In this document: positions 7,824 through 15,135 of the stretch, piece by piece
Position numbering within the stretch: position 1 is the first letter of the stretch
Layout of the letters: each line of letters begins with the position of its first letter
Assembly (NCBI GenBank): GCA_964510795.1
Contig: CAZEDT010000034.1
Coordinates: 10,905-40,690, forward strand
Source of the DNA: an uncultured Syntrophomonas sp.
GTDB lineage: Bacteria; Bacillota; Syntrophomonadia; Syntrophomonadales; Syntrophomonadaceae
Direction: 5' to 3'
DNA: 29,786 nucleotides
Made by a program: the position numbers and the translations under genes
Notes under the pieces: generated by a model
Told to the model about the DNA's origin: nothing
The model's database searches: none
Seen by the model: the letters and a program-made list of their open reading frames with translations, nothing else

Positions 7824-8363
7824 ATGGCAGACATAATAAACATCCGCATCACCAAAGATTGTCCAGAGGTTTCACTCATGGATGAAACCGCCCAAGCCCT
7901 TGGCATGTCGAGAAACGAAATGATTATCAAGGCTATTACCATGATGGTTAACTTCGACCGGACATTCTACAAACGTCTGGAAAAATACAGCGAGAACCTC
8001 AAGGTTCCCATGTGGCTGGCGATCCAAAACACCATGGTCAAGAAATGGGCAGAGAGCAGCGCCAAAAAGAACGCATGGGAGAATAACTCAGAAATTCTGC
8101 TGGAGTATTCCTGCACAGAGGATGGCTTCATTCAGCCCAAGGAACTCTATGAAATGGTTTACAAGATAACCTTTGAAGCAGAGACCAAGGAACGCTTCAA
8201 ACAGCTTTCCGAAGATTTGAACAAGGGCATGAAGCTATCAGCAGCAGATCAGGAATTCTACAATGAGTTCAAACCCAAATACGGCTACATCCCCAGACTT
8301 GAACGCGAGAGCTTTGATATCAGCGAAACTTACTGGGAAAGCGACCTAAAGGGGCGTGAGTAG
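7824..8363 (+). CDS. Ribbon-helix-helix (CopG/Arc-like) N-terminal domain protein with a C-terminal domain of unknown function
   Basis: There is a strong SD (AAAGGAGGTG). The N-terminus INIRITKD...LMDETAQALGMSRNEMIIKAITMMV fits the beta-strand/helix/helix RHH pattern. I do not recognise the remainder. Confidence 0.65.
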   Translation: MADIINIRITKDCPEVSLMDETAQALGMSRNEMIIKAITMMVNFDRTFYKRLEKYSENLKVPMWLAIQNTMVKKWAESSAKKNAWENNSEILLEYSCTEDGFIQPKELYEMVYKITFEAETKERFKQLSEDLNKGMKLSAADQEFYNEFKPKYGYIPRLERESFDISETYWESDLKGRE

Positions 8364-8364
8364 C

Positions 8365-8538
8365 ATGAAACGAATCATTTGTCCAAGATGCAAAAAACTG
8401 GCCTACTACGCAGAGAATGGCGCGGTAGAAGCCAAATGTCCCCACTGTGAGTGCTTCGTAAGGGCGGTGTTTGCAGATGGGAAGATCAAGACCAGTATTG
8501 TACCGCCGAGAACCAATCAAAACCACATACCAGCATAG
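8365..8538 (+). CDS. Small zinc-ribbon protein, Mu Com-like
   Basis: MKRIICPRCKKLAYYAENGAVEAKCPHCECFV has a CxxC...CxxC spacing and flanking residues like phage Mu Com (RC.NC.KLL......EI.CPRC). The ATG at 8365 lies 11 nt after AAGGGG. The track start (GTG at 8356) is too close to that SD. Confidence 0.65.
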   Translation: MKRIICPRCKKLAYYAENGAVEAKCPHCECFVRAVFADGKIKTSIVPPRTNQNHIPA

Positions 8539-8569
8539 AGCCATAAGGAACCGGATGAGTTACCACGGA

Positions 8570-8622
8570 GCCTAGCAGACGGAAAGTAGATCGATTTCTA
8601 CTCCTGTTTGTTAGGCTTTTTT
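8570..8622 (+). terminator. Rho-independent terminator after the Com-like gene
   Basis: The outer stem pairs GCCTAGCA (8570-8577) with TGTTAGGC (8609-8616). The inner stem is AGTAGA/TCTACT. A TTTTTT run follows at 8617-8622. Confidence 0.6.
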
Positions 8623-8721
8623 GTTTGGCTCAAAGTTGAGCAAAAGTATCGATTACAGCAAATTTCAATTGAGACTTATTGGTTTCCTGAAAATGAGAAG
8701 CCAATCGAGGGAGGTGAGAAC

Positions 8722-9420
8722 GTGGAAAATGAAAGACTTAACGCAGCACTTGAATATGTGAAGGTTGGCATTCCAGTCATCCCGCTTCATGGCATAAAGC
8801 CGGATGGCTCCTGTACTTGTAAGAACGGGCCTAACTGCACCAGCAAGGGCAAGCATCCAATCTACTCTGGTTGGCAGAATCGTGGTATTGCAGATGCAGA
8901 TGAGATTCAGAACTGGTGGAGAAATAATCCCCATGCCAATGTCGGCATCATCACCGGAGAATCTTCGGGCTGGCTGGTGCTGGACACAGACACCAAGAGC
9001 CAGGGCTTTGGAACACTTCAAACCTTGGAAATGCTCCATGACACACTCCCTGAGACGGTTACCGCCATCACTGGCAGCGGTGGTCAGCATAGAATTTTCA
9101 AATACCCTGACGGGCTAAAAGTCCCCAACATAGCAGGGTTTGAGAAGGGACTCGACACAAGGTCAAACGGCGGTCTGATTGTTGCCCCACCAAGCCGCCA
9201 TGAGAGCGGGGGCAGTTACAAGTGGGCTGACGGATTATCACCATTTAACCGGGAGCCTGCAGAAGCACCTGCATGGCTGGTCAAGCTGATGATGGCCGGG
9301 GTGAACGAACATAAGAAAATTTCCAATGCAACAAACAGAAGCAATGCGCGGAAATCAGTCCCAGAAGGCAGCCGCAACAGCCACCTTGGGATAGGTACTA
9401 GCGTTAAAAAATCCATCTAA
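8722..9420 (+). pseudogene. Bifunctional primase-polymerase (PrimPol, N-terminal domain), 3'-truncated
   Basis: The GTG start lies 5 nt after GGAGGTGA. PrimPol hallmarks are present (GIPVIPLH....P.......GKHP...GWQN, NVGIITGESSGWLVLDTD, GGQHRIFKYP, GLDTRSNGGLIVAPPS.H.SG..Y.W). The reading frame reaches the start of the PriCT-type motif (PEGSRNSHL). It then runs into unrelated sequence and stops, and no helicase or C-terminal domain follows. Confidence 0.8.
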
Positions 9421-9795
9421 TATTAAGTTGAGTTCTTGATCTGTATATATTCTTATTTCCCTTTCACTTTTTATACTGTATGGAATAATGGTTTTGTTTA
9501 GAGATAAATTGCTCCAACCCATTTTCTTTGCGTATTTAAAAAAAGTCTTAAGACTTGTCCAGTAATTGCGAACTGAGCCAGCTGTCAAGGTACCTTCCTT
9601 AAATCGCTTAAAAAGATGATCACGGTATTCTTCAATATATTTATAATTAATATATGTTCAAGACAGTGTTTTATAATTTTCTTCAGATCCCGTTATATAT
9701 TCGGCTGCCCATTTCAAGAATGCAAGAACAGTGGATTTTAAACCAAATATTGAACGGTATTTTATCTGATGAAACGATCGTAGCGTGAGGTGCAT
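9385..9795 (-). pseudogene. Tyrosine recombinase (phage integrase) N-terminal fragment with an in-frame TGA and no catalytic domain
   Basis: The minus-strand frame from the ATG at 9795 reads MHLTLRSFHQIKYRSIFGLKSTVLAFLKWAAEYITGSEENYKTLS*TYINYKYIEEYRDHLFKRFKEGTLTAGSVRNYWTSLKTFFKYAKKMGW...IYTDQELNLIL. The stop codon is at 9660-9658. The segment SVRNY...LK.FFKYA is the SAM-like N-terminal domain signature. The frame then dissolves into the antisense of PrimPol. The junction lies somewhere in 9385-9420. Confidence 0.7.
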
Positions 9796-9926
9796 ACGAC
9801 CAAATATCACCCCATGTTCTTAAGAAAAAATACGACCAGGCTCAGGCTGAAAACCAGGTGGTTGTACGCAGAAAACCAGAAAAAGACGCAGTAACCACCC
9901 TGGCTTAAAGTCTTGGTATTACTGCG

Positions 9927-9955
9927 TTGACAGTGGGTTGCGACCCTGCTATAAT
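9927..9955 (+). promoter_or_regulatory. Consensus extended-minus-10 sigma-A promoter
   Basis: TTGACA (9927-9932), a 17-nt spacer ending in TGC, then TATAAT (9950-9955). Both hexamers, the spacing and the TG motif all match consensus. Confidence 0.65.
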
Positions 9956-9967
9956 GTACACGTACAT

Positions 9968-10020
9968 TTGAGGGACGTATGCCGAGAGGCATAAGGGTTC
10001 AAGTCCCTTTCGCCGCACCA
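9968..10020 (+). other. 3' portion of a class II tRNA (Leu-like), probably an att scar of the adjacent integrative element
   Basis: The long variable-arm hairpin is TATGCC-GAGA-GGCATA (9978-9993). The T arm is AAGGG-TTCAAGT-CCCTT (9993-10009). The 3' acceptor strand is TCGCCGC, followed by discriminator A and CCA (10018-10020). The preceding TTGAGGG could be an anticodon loop (GAG). No D arm or 5' acceptor strand is present upstream. Confidence 0.7.
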
Positions 10021-10211
10021 AATAAGTTAATATTCTGGAATACTCGTCAAGCTTTTATTTTGAACCTACAGAGTTAATCAGGGAGTTCGTACTGGATGCA
10101 GATATTAAGCCCTAATATCAGGGGAAAATAGAACCATTCATGAGAACACCCACCTATCGAAGGATAGGTGTCAAAATAGGGCAACGGTATTTTGGGTATA
10201 TATAGTAAGTT

Positions 10212-10240
10212 AACCGTGGAATTGATCCACGGTTTTTTTT
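10212..10240 (+). terminator. Strong rho-independent terminator (plus strand)
   Basis: AACCGTGGA (10212-10220), loop ATTGA, TCCACGGTT (10226-10234), then TTTTTT. Confidence 0.8.
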
Positions 10241-10333
10241 GTACTATCAGAAAGAATAACTTTTTTAAAGTAGGCACCCTTCGGGTACACAGATGCTCCC
10301 GGTGGTCGCCACTAAGGTAGCGGCGCAAGCCGG
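10241..10333. repeat. Copy A of a ~90-bp element, the inverted partner of 12336-12426
   Basis: Hand alignment to the reverse complement of 12336-12426 gives roughly three-quarters identity with two small gaps. Shared blocks are TCAGAAAG, GCACCCTTCGGG, ATGCTCCC, GTGGTCGC and TAAGGTAGCGGCG. Confidence 0.8.
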
Positions 10334-10342
10334 GCTTTCGGT

Positions 10343-10807
10343 TTACTGACGGCTGTTTTTCTTGGTTTTTTTGTTCACTTCATGTTTTAACACCATAAGC
10401 TCCTGAACATTCCTCAAGATAGCCTCACTATCTACCGGAATCATTAGCCACTTGGTACCGTTGAAGGGGCGGGCCGATTTTACAATCTCCATTACAGCTG
10501 GTTCATAAATGGTGGACATAGCTTCAATTATATCCACCATCTCGAGTTTGATTACGATCAGGGCAATAAACAAATCCTTTTCGGGGTAAAGGGTACACAG
10601 AGATTTACCGGATTTCTGGTATTTAATATTCCATCCCTTTTGCATTGAACATTTACTATAGGTTATTTTAGGGGATATCTGGTATGTGCTCTGAACGAAG
10701 AAATTCATAGCCTGCCACCAGCTGCGAGCTGGTTCGTTAATATAATCGGATATTTCCTCGAATTCGGCGGTATGACTCGCATCCAGCAACAGGTCTTTCT
10801 CAATCAT
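10343..10807 (-). CDS. DUF3788-like protein
   Basis: The ORF is 154 aa. The central pattern (KITYSKCSMQKGWNIKYQKSGKSLCTLYPEKDLFIALIVI) resembles the DUF3788 family as I remember it. The family name is tentative. Confidence 0.6.
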   Translation of the reverse strand: MIEKDLLLDASHTAEFEEISDYINEPARSWWQAMNFFVQSTYQISPKITYSKCSMQKGWNIKYQKSGKSLCTLYPEKDLFIALIVIKLEMVDIIEAMSTIYEPAVMEIVKSARPFNGTKWLMIPVDSEAILRNVQELMVLKHEVNKKTKKNSRQ

Positions 10808-10826
10808 GGCTCACATCCCCTTTAAC

Positions 10827-11288
10827 TCATTTCAGATAACATACAATATTGGTTTGCAGTTCATTCTCCGGTGTATCGGCGGGATCATTCAAATAAAACT
10901 CATAACACACACCGTTCCATGTATGCCCATTGGCAGGAATCCATTCCATCATCGCAGTATAAGCAGGTTCGATTTGACTATATGATCCGGTATAGATGCA
11001 GGCTACCGTTTTGCCAGCGGGAATTTCACTGACCTTTATATCACCCTTGCCACCATCTACTAACTGCGCTACCGGAAAGCCTGCTTCTATATCCAGATCC
11101 TGCATATCCATATTAAAATAGCCTACAAAAGGTACACCTGATGGTGGTACTCCAATCTCATTCAAATAAGCTATAATTGAATTGTAAGCGCTACCTAATA
11201 CCTGAGGCAGATCTCCAACTGCGCACCGGGTACGAATAGAAACGGTTGGCTGAGCTGCCTGCTCCATGACATTGAATTTAAAACTCAT
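10827..11288 (-). CDS. GyrI-like small-molecule-binding domain protein
   Basis: The ORF is 153 aa with an SD of AAGGAGG. The typical GyrI-like/AraC-effector-domain layout is present (..P.VSIRT.......P..LG.AY..I..YL...G..P.G.PF..Y.......D.D.E.GFPV......G.I....IPAG....I.Y.G.Y.....AY.....W...NG......YE.YLNDP....E.EL.T.I...L). Confidence 0.8.
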   Translation of the reverse strand: MSFKFNVMEQAAQPTVSIRTRCAVGDLPQVLGSAYNSIIAYLNEIGVPPSGVPFVGYFNMDMQDLDIEAGFPVAQLVDGGKGDIKVSEIPAGKTVACIYTGSYSQIEPAYTAMMEWIPANGHTWNGVCYEFYLNDPADTPENELQTNIVCYLK

Positions 11289-11349
11289 TTAAGTTGGCCT
11301 CCTTTTTTCTAGATTATACCATCCTGAATATGACAGCTGTGTGTCAGGT

Positions 11350-12285
11350 TTAGGATGAGTACTTTTTATAAATTTCTAAGGCTATGTTTCCCAGCCGCTC
11401 ACGAATATGAGGTGGATTTATCACCTCGACAGCACTTCCAAAACTCAAAAGCCAACCATACAGCCAATTGTTTTCCGGTAACAATATTTTAATCATGAGC
11501 CTGCCATCTTCCTGGCGGACTATATCCTCGCTAAAAAATTCTTCTGCCAGGCTCTCCATCTCCTGCTCAAAAAGCAGATCAAGTTCAACCACGTTGACCT
11601 GGTTAGGCCATTCATTTTCCCAGGATAATTGTTCAGCCGGTAGTTCTCGGGGGCTGAAAGTTCTGTCCGTAAACAGTAATTCCTTTATCCTGGACAACTT
11701 AAACAGGCGGAAATCCTCCCGCAACAGGCACCAGGCATACAGATACCAGTTTTGTCCTTTTAAAATCAATGAATAAGGTTCTGCGTGGCGCCTGGTTTTT
11801 TGACCACCAGCGTCAAAGTACGCAAATTCAATTGCCACGTTATTCGTAATAGCCTGGCGCAGCAGTATAATTTTGTCTTTAATTAATTGATTTCCTCCCC
11901 AGGGAGACAGATCAATTATCATTTGCCTGGTTTTCAGGTTAAGCATTTCAAGCTGGGTGGATGATAGGGGATTTTGCAGTTTTTCCATTAATATATCATA
12001 GCGACTATCGGGCATACTCCCGGCTACCCCTTTTAGGGTAGAGATAATAGCCGCCATATCATCAGCGCTGAGAAGGGTTTTATCCAAACGGTAGCCTTCG
12101 GCAATACTAATACCGCCGTTGGCACCCTGAAATGTCACAATGGGAATTCCAGCCAGGTTGATGGCCTCCACATCCCTCAGGATAGTCCGCACAGAAACCC
12201 CGAACATATCTGCCAGATCTTTGGCCTGAACCCGTTCTCTTCTTAACAGAACAACTAAAATAGAAATCAATCTATCGATCTTCAT
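11350..12285 (-). CDS. YafY-family transcriptional regulator (HTH + WYL domains)
   Basis: The N-terminus MKIDRLISILVVLLRRERVQAKDLADMFGVSVRTILRDVEAINLAGIPIVTFQGANGGISIAEGYRLD is the classic HTH_11/DeoR-type head of YafY proteins. The central block (IEFAYFDAGGQKTRRHAEPYSLILKGQNWYLYAWCLLREDFRLFKLSRI) is the WYL domain. The SD is AAGGTGGTG. Confidence 0.9.
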   Translation of the reverse strand: MKIDRLISILVVLLRRERVQAKDLADMFGVSVRTILRDVEAINLAGIPIVTFQGANGGISIAEGYRLDKTLLSADDMAAIISTLKGVAGSMPDSRYDILMEKLQNPLSSTQLEMLNLKTRQMIIDLSPWGGNQLIKDKIILLRQAITNNVAIEFAYFDAGGQKTRRHAEPYSLILKGQNWYLYAWCLLREDFRLFKLSRIKELLFTDRTFSPRELPAEQLSWENEWPNQVNVVELDLLFEQEMESLAEEFFSEDIVRQEDGRLMIKILLPENNWLYGWLLSFGSAVEVINPPHIRERLGNIALEIYKKYSS

Positions 12286-12335
12286 GCAACAAGCACCACC
12301 TTGAGAGTTAAGATAAATTGGACTTTTAAGAAAAC

Positions 12336-12426
12336 TCGGCGTACGCCGCTACCTTAATTGCGACCACAGGGAGCATATGTAATGCCCGAAGGGTGCAACA
12401 TTCAGGAATGTTATGCTTTCTGATAC
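12336..12426. repeat. Copy B of the ~90-bp element, inverted relative to 10241-10333, lying in the 5' leader/promoter region of the YafY gene
   Basis: See copy A. This copy starts 51 nt upstream of the YafY start codon. Confidence 0.8.
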
Positions 12427-12752
12427 GGCGAGAAAACCTTAAGGCTATTCTACAGTTTTATAAGCGTAATTACTAAATTTTGACTTGGTTTATTGAGTGT
12501 TCCTTTAATACTAATGTCTTTTCTAGGATTAGATGCTTGGAATCTATCTCATTTTGGTTTATCCTCAGAAGAAAATAATCCTGTCGCTGCAATTGAGGTT
12601 GCCATGACTATGGAGATCATAAGAACAGTTACTCAGCGAAGTATAGATGTCAAAATCGGGCGACCGTATTCTGTTTTTTTGGATGTTTATTTTATATAGG
12701 AAAACACTAAAGTTAGGAGGGGGGACTATAAATAATACATTTCACGTAGAGG

Positions 12753-13916
12753 TTAAACAGTCTTAAGCCGGGCTCGTGATGCTTGTGCTTCTTGTTTATC
12801 CCAATACATAAGTTTATCAATATGCCGTAAAAAATCGTCCTCGTTCATGGCTGAGCTGTAATCGTAAACATCGTAGCCCATACTTAAGTTGAGACGGTAG
12901 GGCTTATCTGCTCGGAGGTTAAAGCTCCTCAAATTTGCACGGATTCTCTCCACTGACTTTTCCAAATCGTTTCTATCTGATATATCTAAAATAATTATAA
13001 ACTCGTCTCCGCCGTAGCGAGCCAGAAAATCGCCTTTGCGCAAACTGCCTGTCAGTAATTTAGCGGTTGTTTGCAAGGCATCATCGCCGATTATATGTCC
13101 AAACTGATCATTAATCTTCTTGAAATCATCAATATCAATTAGAATTCCTGAAAAGCTCCGATTTGCGCTGCTGTTACGAATTTTGGCCTGTAGATGGCGA
13201 TCTAACTGCAGCCGGTTATTAATCCCGGTAAGATAATCAGTATTTAATTTGCCATTCTGAATATATAAATAAATTATTAATAGAGATATGGTTATGCTGC
13301 CCCATACTAAAGCTAATCCATCATAACTTGGCTGTGAAATACCTAAAATAACTCCGATAAAGGGGAACCAGGAAAACATAAGTAAGGGGAGAAAATGTTT
13401 TTTTTCTATCCGGTTACGTCTGAGCAGGACGAAGAAAAAAGCATAGATGAGATATAAACAGGCTGCTGTTACCAATAAAGGGTACCAGGGGCCACGATGA
13501 TAAAAATTATTGGCGTCCAAAAAGAACATTAACCTTGTATAAGGAGTGGTTAATACAATTAATGTATTAATAAATACTGGAACAAGTAAAGGCAAAAATA
13601 ATTTCCTGATACGGTTTTTATCGTTGAATACTTGATAGTCGGCATAAAGTGACCACAAAAAAGGCGGCAGCAAACTCGCAATATGATACAAGATGTTAAC
13701 CGCCATGAACAACCCGGCATATATTGCCCCTGCTTGTCCGTTCAGGGGCCAACCCAGCATATCTAAAACCAGCAAAACCATATTTGAAATTAATAAGGCT
13801 ATAAATAATCTGTCTGCTAATGAGTGCTTTTCGCCGCGCTGAAACATATTAACCAGCAAGACCAAACAAACAATCAACGAAAAGATATCAAATTCTGTGT
13901 GAATTATGTACGACAT
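12753..13916 (-). CDS. Membrane-anchored diguanylate cyclase (GGDEF domain)
   Basis: The N-terminal ~220 aa contain several hydrophobic spans. The C-terminal domain carries DDFKKINDQFGH..GD and an intact RYGGDEF active site, with an RKGD (RxxD I-site) five residues upstream. Confidence 0.9.
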   Translation of the reverse strand: MSYIIHTEFDIFSLIVCLVLLVNMFQRGEKHSLADRLFIALLISNMVLLVLDMLGWPLNGQAGAIYAGLFMAVNILYHIASLLPPFLWSLYADYQVFNDKNRIRKLFLPLLVPVFINTLIVLTTPYTRLMFFLDANNFYHRGPWYPLLVTAACLYLIYAFFFVLLRRNRIEKKHFLPLLMFSWFPFIGVILGISQPSYDGLALVWGSITISLLIIYLYIQNGKLNTDYLTGINNRLQLDRHLQAKIRNSSANRSFSGILIDIDDFKKINDQFGHIIGDDALQTTAKLLTGSLRKGDFLARYGGDEFIIILDISDRNDLEKSVERIRANLRSFNLRADKPYRLNLSMGYDVYDYSSAMNEDDFLRHIDKLMYWDKQEAQASRARLKTV

Positions 13917-14102
13917 AATATCACCTCAATTAAATGAATAATATATTACCATTATAAACCATTCGCACATAATTAGCTTAATAAATAAAAAAATTCGGGC
14001 ACAAACTACTAAATAGTCCCAAATTGTGTATTGGATATCGTTGTTTAGGTACTTCTGATGAAGGACCTGCTAGATTAAGAGAAACAAATCGTCTAATGTA
14101 TG

Positions 14103-14130
14103 TAAAAAGAACTGGTTATGCACCAGCTCT
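14103..14130 (-). terminator. Rho-independent terminator after the DegV gene (minus strand)
   Basis: On the minus strand, AGAGCTGGT-GCATA-ACCAGTTCT (one mismatch) is followed by TTTTT. Confidence 0.55.
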
Positions 14131-14181
14131 TTATTACAGCTTGCTGAGGCTGCTTTATTGGTTCAGTTGGGATTGATTAGT

Positions 14182-15135
14182 CTATAACTTGTGGTGGATT
14201 CTATCCAGAAGTTCATTTTTCTTTTCTCTAAGTTCATTTAGCTCATTTATAATGAAATTATCAGGCTGATGGCTCTTTTCAACAAAGAACATGGAAAGGC
14301 CGCCTAATCCCACATGGGTACCCACAGCGACCCCCATTTGCATGATAAATATATCTCCGCCAAAATTGCTCTCCCGGAGAAGCTTGTGTTTCAAATTCTC
14401 AGCATAGGTAAGGTCCGAAGTATAGCCGATTATTATAAAGTCAGTAATATCTGGGTCATTGCGCTTAATGAATTCGCGGACATAATGCCCAAGTACTTTT
14501 TTTCTGCCCTTCTCCTTAGCTACTATGGCACCTTTGGCATTTTTCATGGTCATTATGGGTTTCAAGTTTAATATTCTGCCGATAAAGGTGCTTGCATTCG
14601 AAAGTCGGCCACTGCGCCGCAGATGTTCAAGATCATCAACCGATAGGAAATGTTTTACCCGGGTTTTATATTGTTCATTAAAAGCTACCAGTTCTTCAAA
14701 ACTGGCTCCTTGCTCTCTTAAGCGGGCACTTTTAAGAATTAACCAACCACTGCCATGGCTCATGCTTTTGGAGTCAACTACATGAATTTGTAAACTTGAA
14801 TTAGGGTGTTCCTCGAAGAAATAATCCTTGGCTATTACCGCCGATTGATAGGCACCACTGGTGCCGCTTGACATGCAGATACACAGTATTTCATTATAAC
14901 CATCCAGAACAGCATTATTAATGATATCTAAATACTCATTGGGACTCGGCATGGAGGTCGTTGCCGGTTCGGATAAATCCTCAATGATTTTATAAAAATC
15001 ATCAGCTTGCATATCTATTTTATCTTTATAAGAATTGCCTTCTATATTTATAGTAAAGGGGGCTACACCGATCTCATACTTTTCCACCACATCAGGGGAT
15101 AAATCGCAGGTTGAATCAGCTATAAGCTTTATCAT
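14182..15135 (-). CDS. DegV-family fatty-acid-binding protein
   Basis: IKLIADSTCDLSPDVVEKYEIGVAPFTINIEG..Y.D is the characteristic DegV/EDD-fold N-terminus. The length (317 aa) is slightly longer than typical. Confidence 0.9.
   Translation of the reverse strand: MIKLIADSTCDLSPDVVEKYEIGVAPFTINIEGNSYKDKIDMQADDFYKIIEDLSEPATTSMPSPNEYLDIINNAVLDGYNEILCICMSSGTSGAYQSAVIAKDYFFEEHPNSSLQIHVVDSKSMSHGSGWLILKSARLREQGASFEELVAFNEQYKTRVKHFLSVDDLEHLRRSGRLSNASTFIGRILNLKPIMTMKNAKGAIVAKEKGRKKVLGHYVREFIKRNDPDITDFIIIGYTSDLTYAENLKHKLLRESNFGGDIFIMQMGVAVGTHVGLGGLSMFFVEKSHQPDNFIINELNELREKKNELLDRIHHKL

Larger units (their letters stand above)
9962..10240 (+). ncRNA. Candidate ~280-nt non-coding transcript running from the consensus promoter to the intrinsic terminator. 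Identity unknown.
   Basis: The unit is bounded by the promoter at 9927-9955 and the terminator at 10212-10240. It contains the tRNA 3' fragment and a perfect 8-bp GAAG-loop hairpin (10151-10170). The only ORFs are 10 and 21 codons long and lack an SD. No known RNA family is recognised. Confidence 0.3.

Noticed and set aside
8665-9118. The 141-aa minus-strand and 104-aa plus-strand ORFs overlapping PrimPol
   Set aside because: They are alternative-frame shadows in a relatively GC-rich gene. Only the 8722-9420 frame carries PrimPol motifs.
9658-9660. In-frame TGA in the integrase frame as possible recoding (selenocysteine or readthrough)
   Set aside because: The gene also lacks its entire catalytic domain and is fused to antisense PrimPol sequence. 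Simple decay is far more parsimonious.
9900-10020. A complete tRNA gene ending at the CCA at 10018-10020
   Set aside because: The T arm, long variable arm, 3' acceptor strand, discriminator and CCA are present. However, I find no complementary 5' acceptor strand (GCGGCGA), D arm or closed anticodon stem in the upstream ~120 nt. I called it a 3' fragment.
9807-10328. The minus-strand ORFs 9807-9992 (61 aa) and 10074-10328 (84 aa)
   Set aside because: They run through the consensus promoter, the tRNA fragment, the terminator and repeat copy A. They have no SD and no recognisable sequence features.
10241-10333. Reading the 90-bp repeat as a ribozyme or group II intron domain V (AGC...GAA-loop hairpin, nearby CTGATA)
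   Set aside because: The lower helix required for domain V cannot be paired in either copy. The hammerhead core (CUGANGA...GAAA) is not present. No RT or maturase ORF is nearby.
12493-12699. The 68-aa ORF, and its 21-codon counterpart at 10140-10205, as a conserved small protein
   Set aside because: The two copies share a frame, but 8 of the 10 changed codons I compared are nonsynonymous. Neither copy has a Shine-Dalgarno, and one copy is truncated to 21 codons. I treat them as diverged non-coding duplicates.
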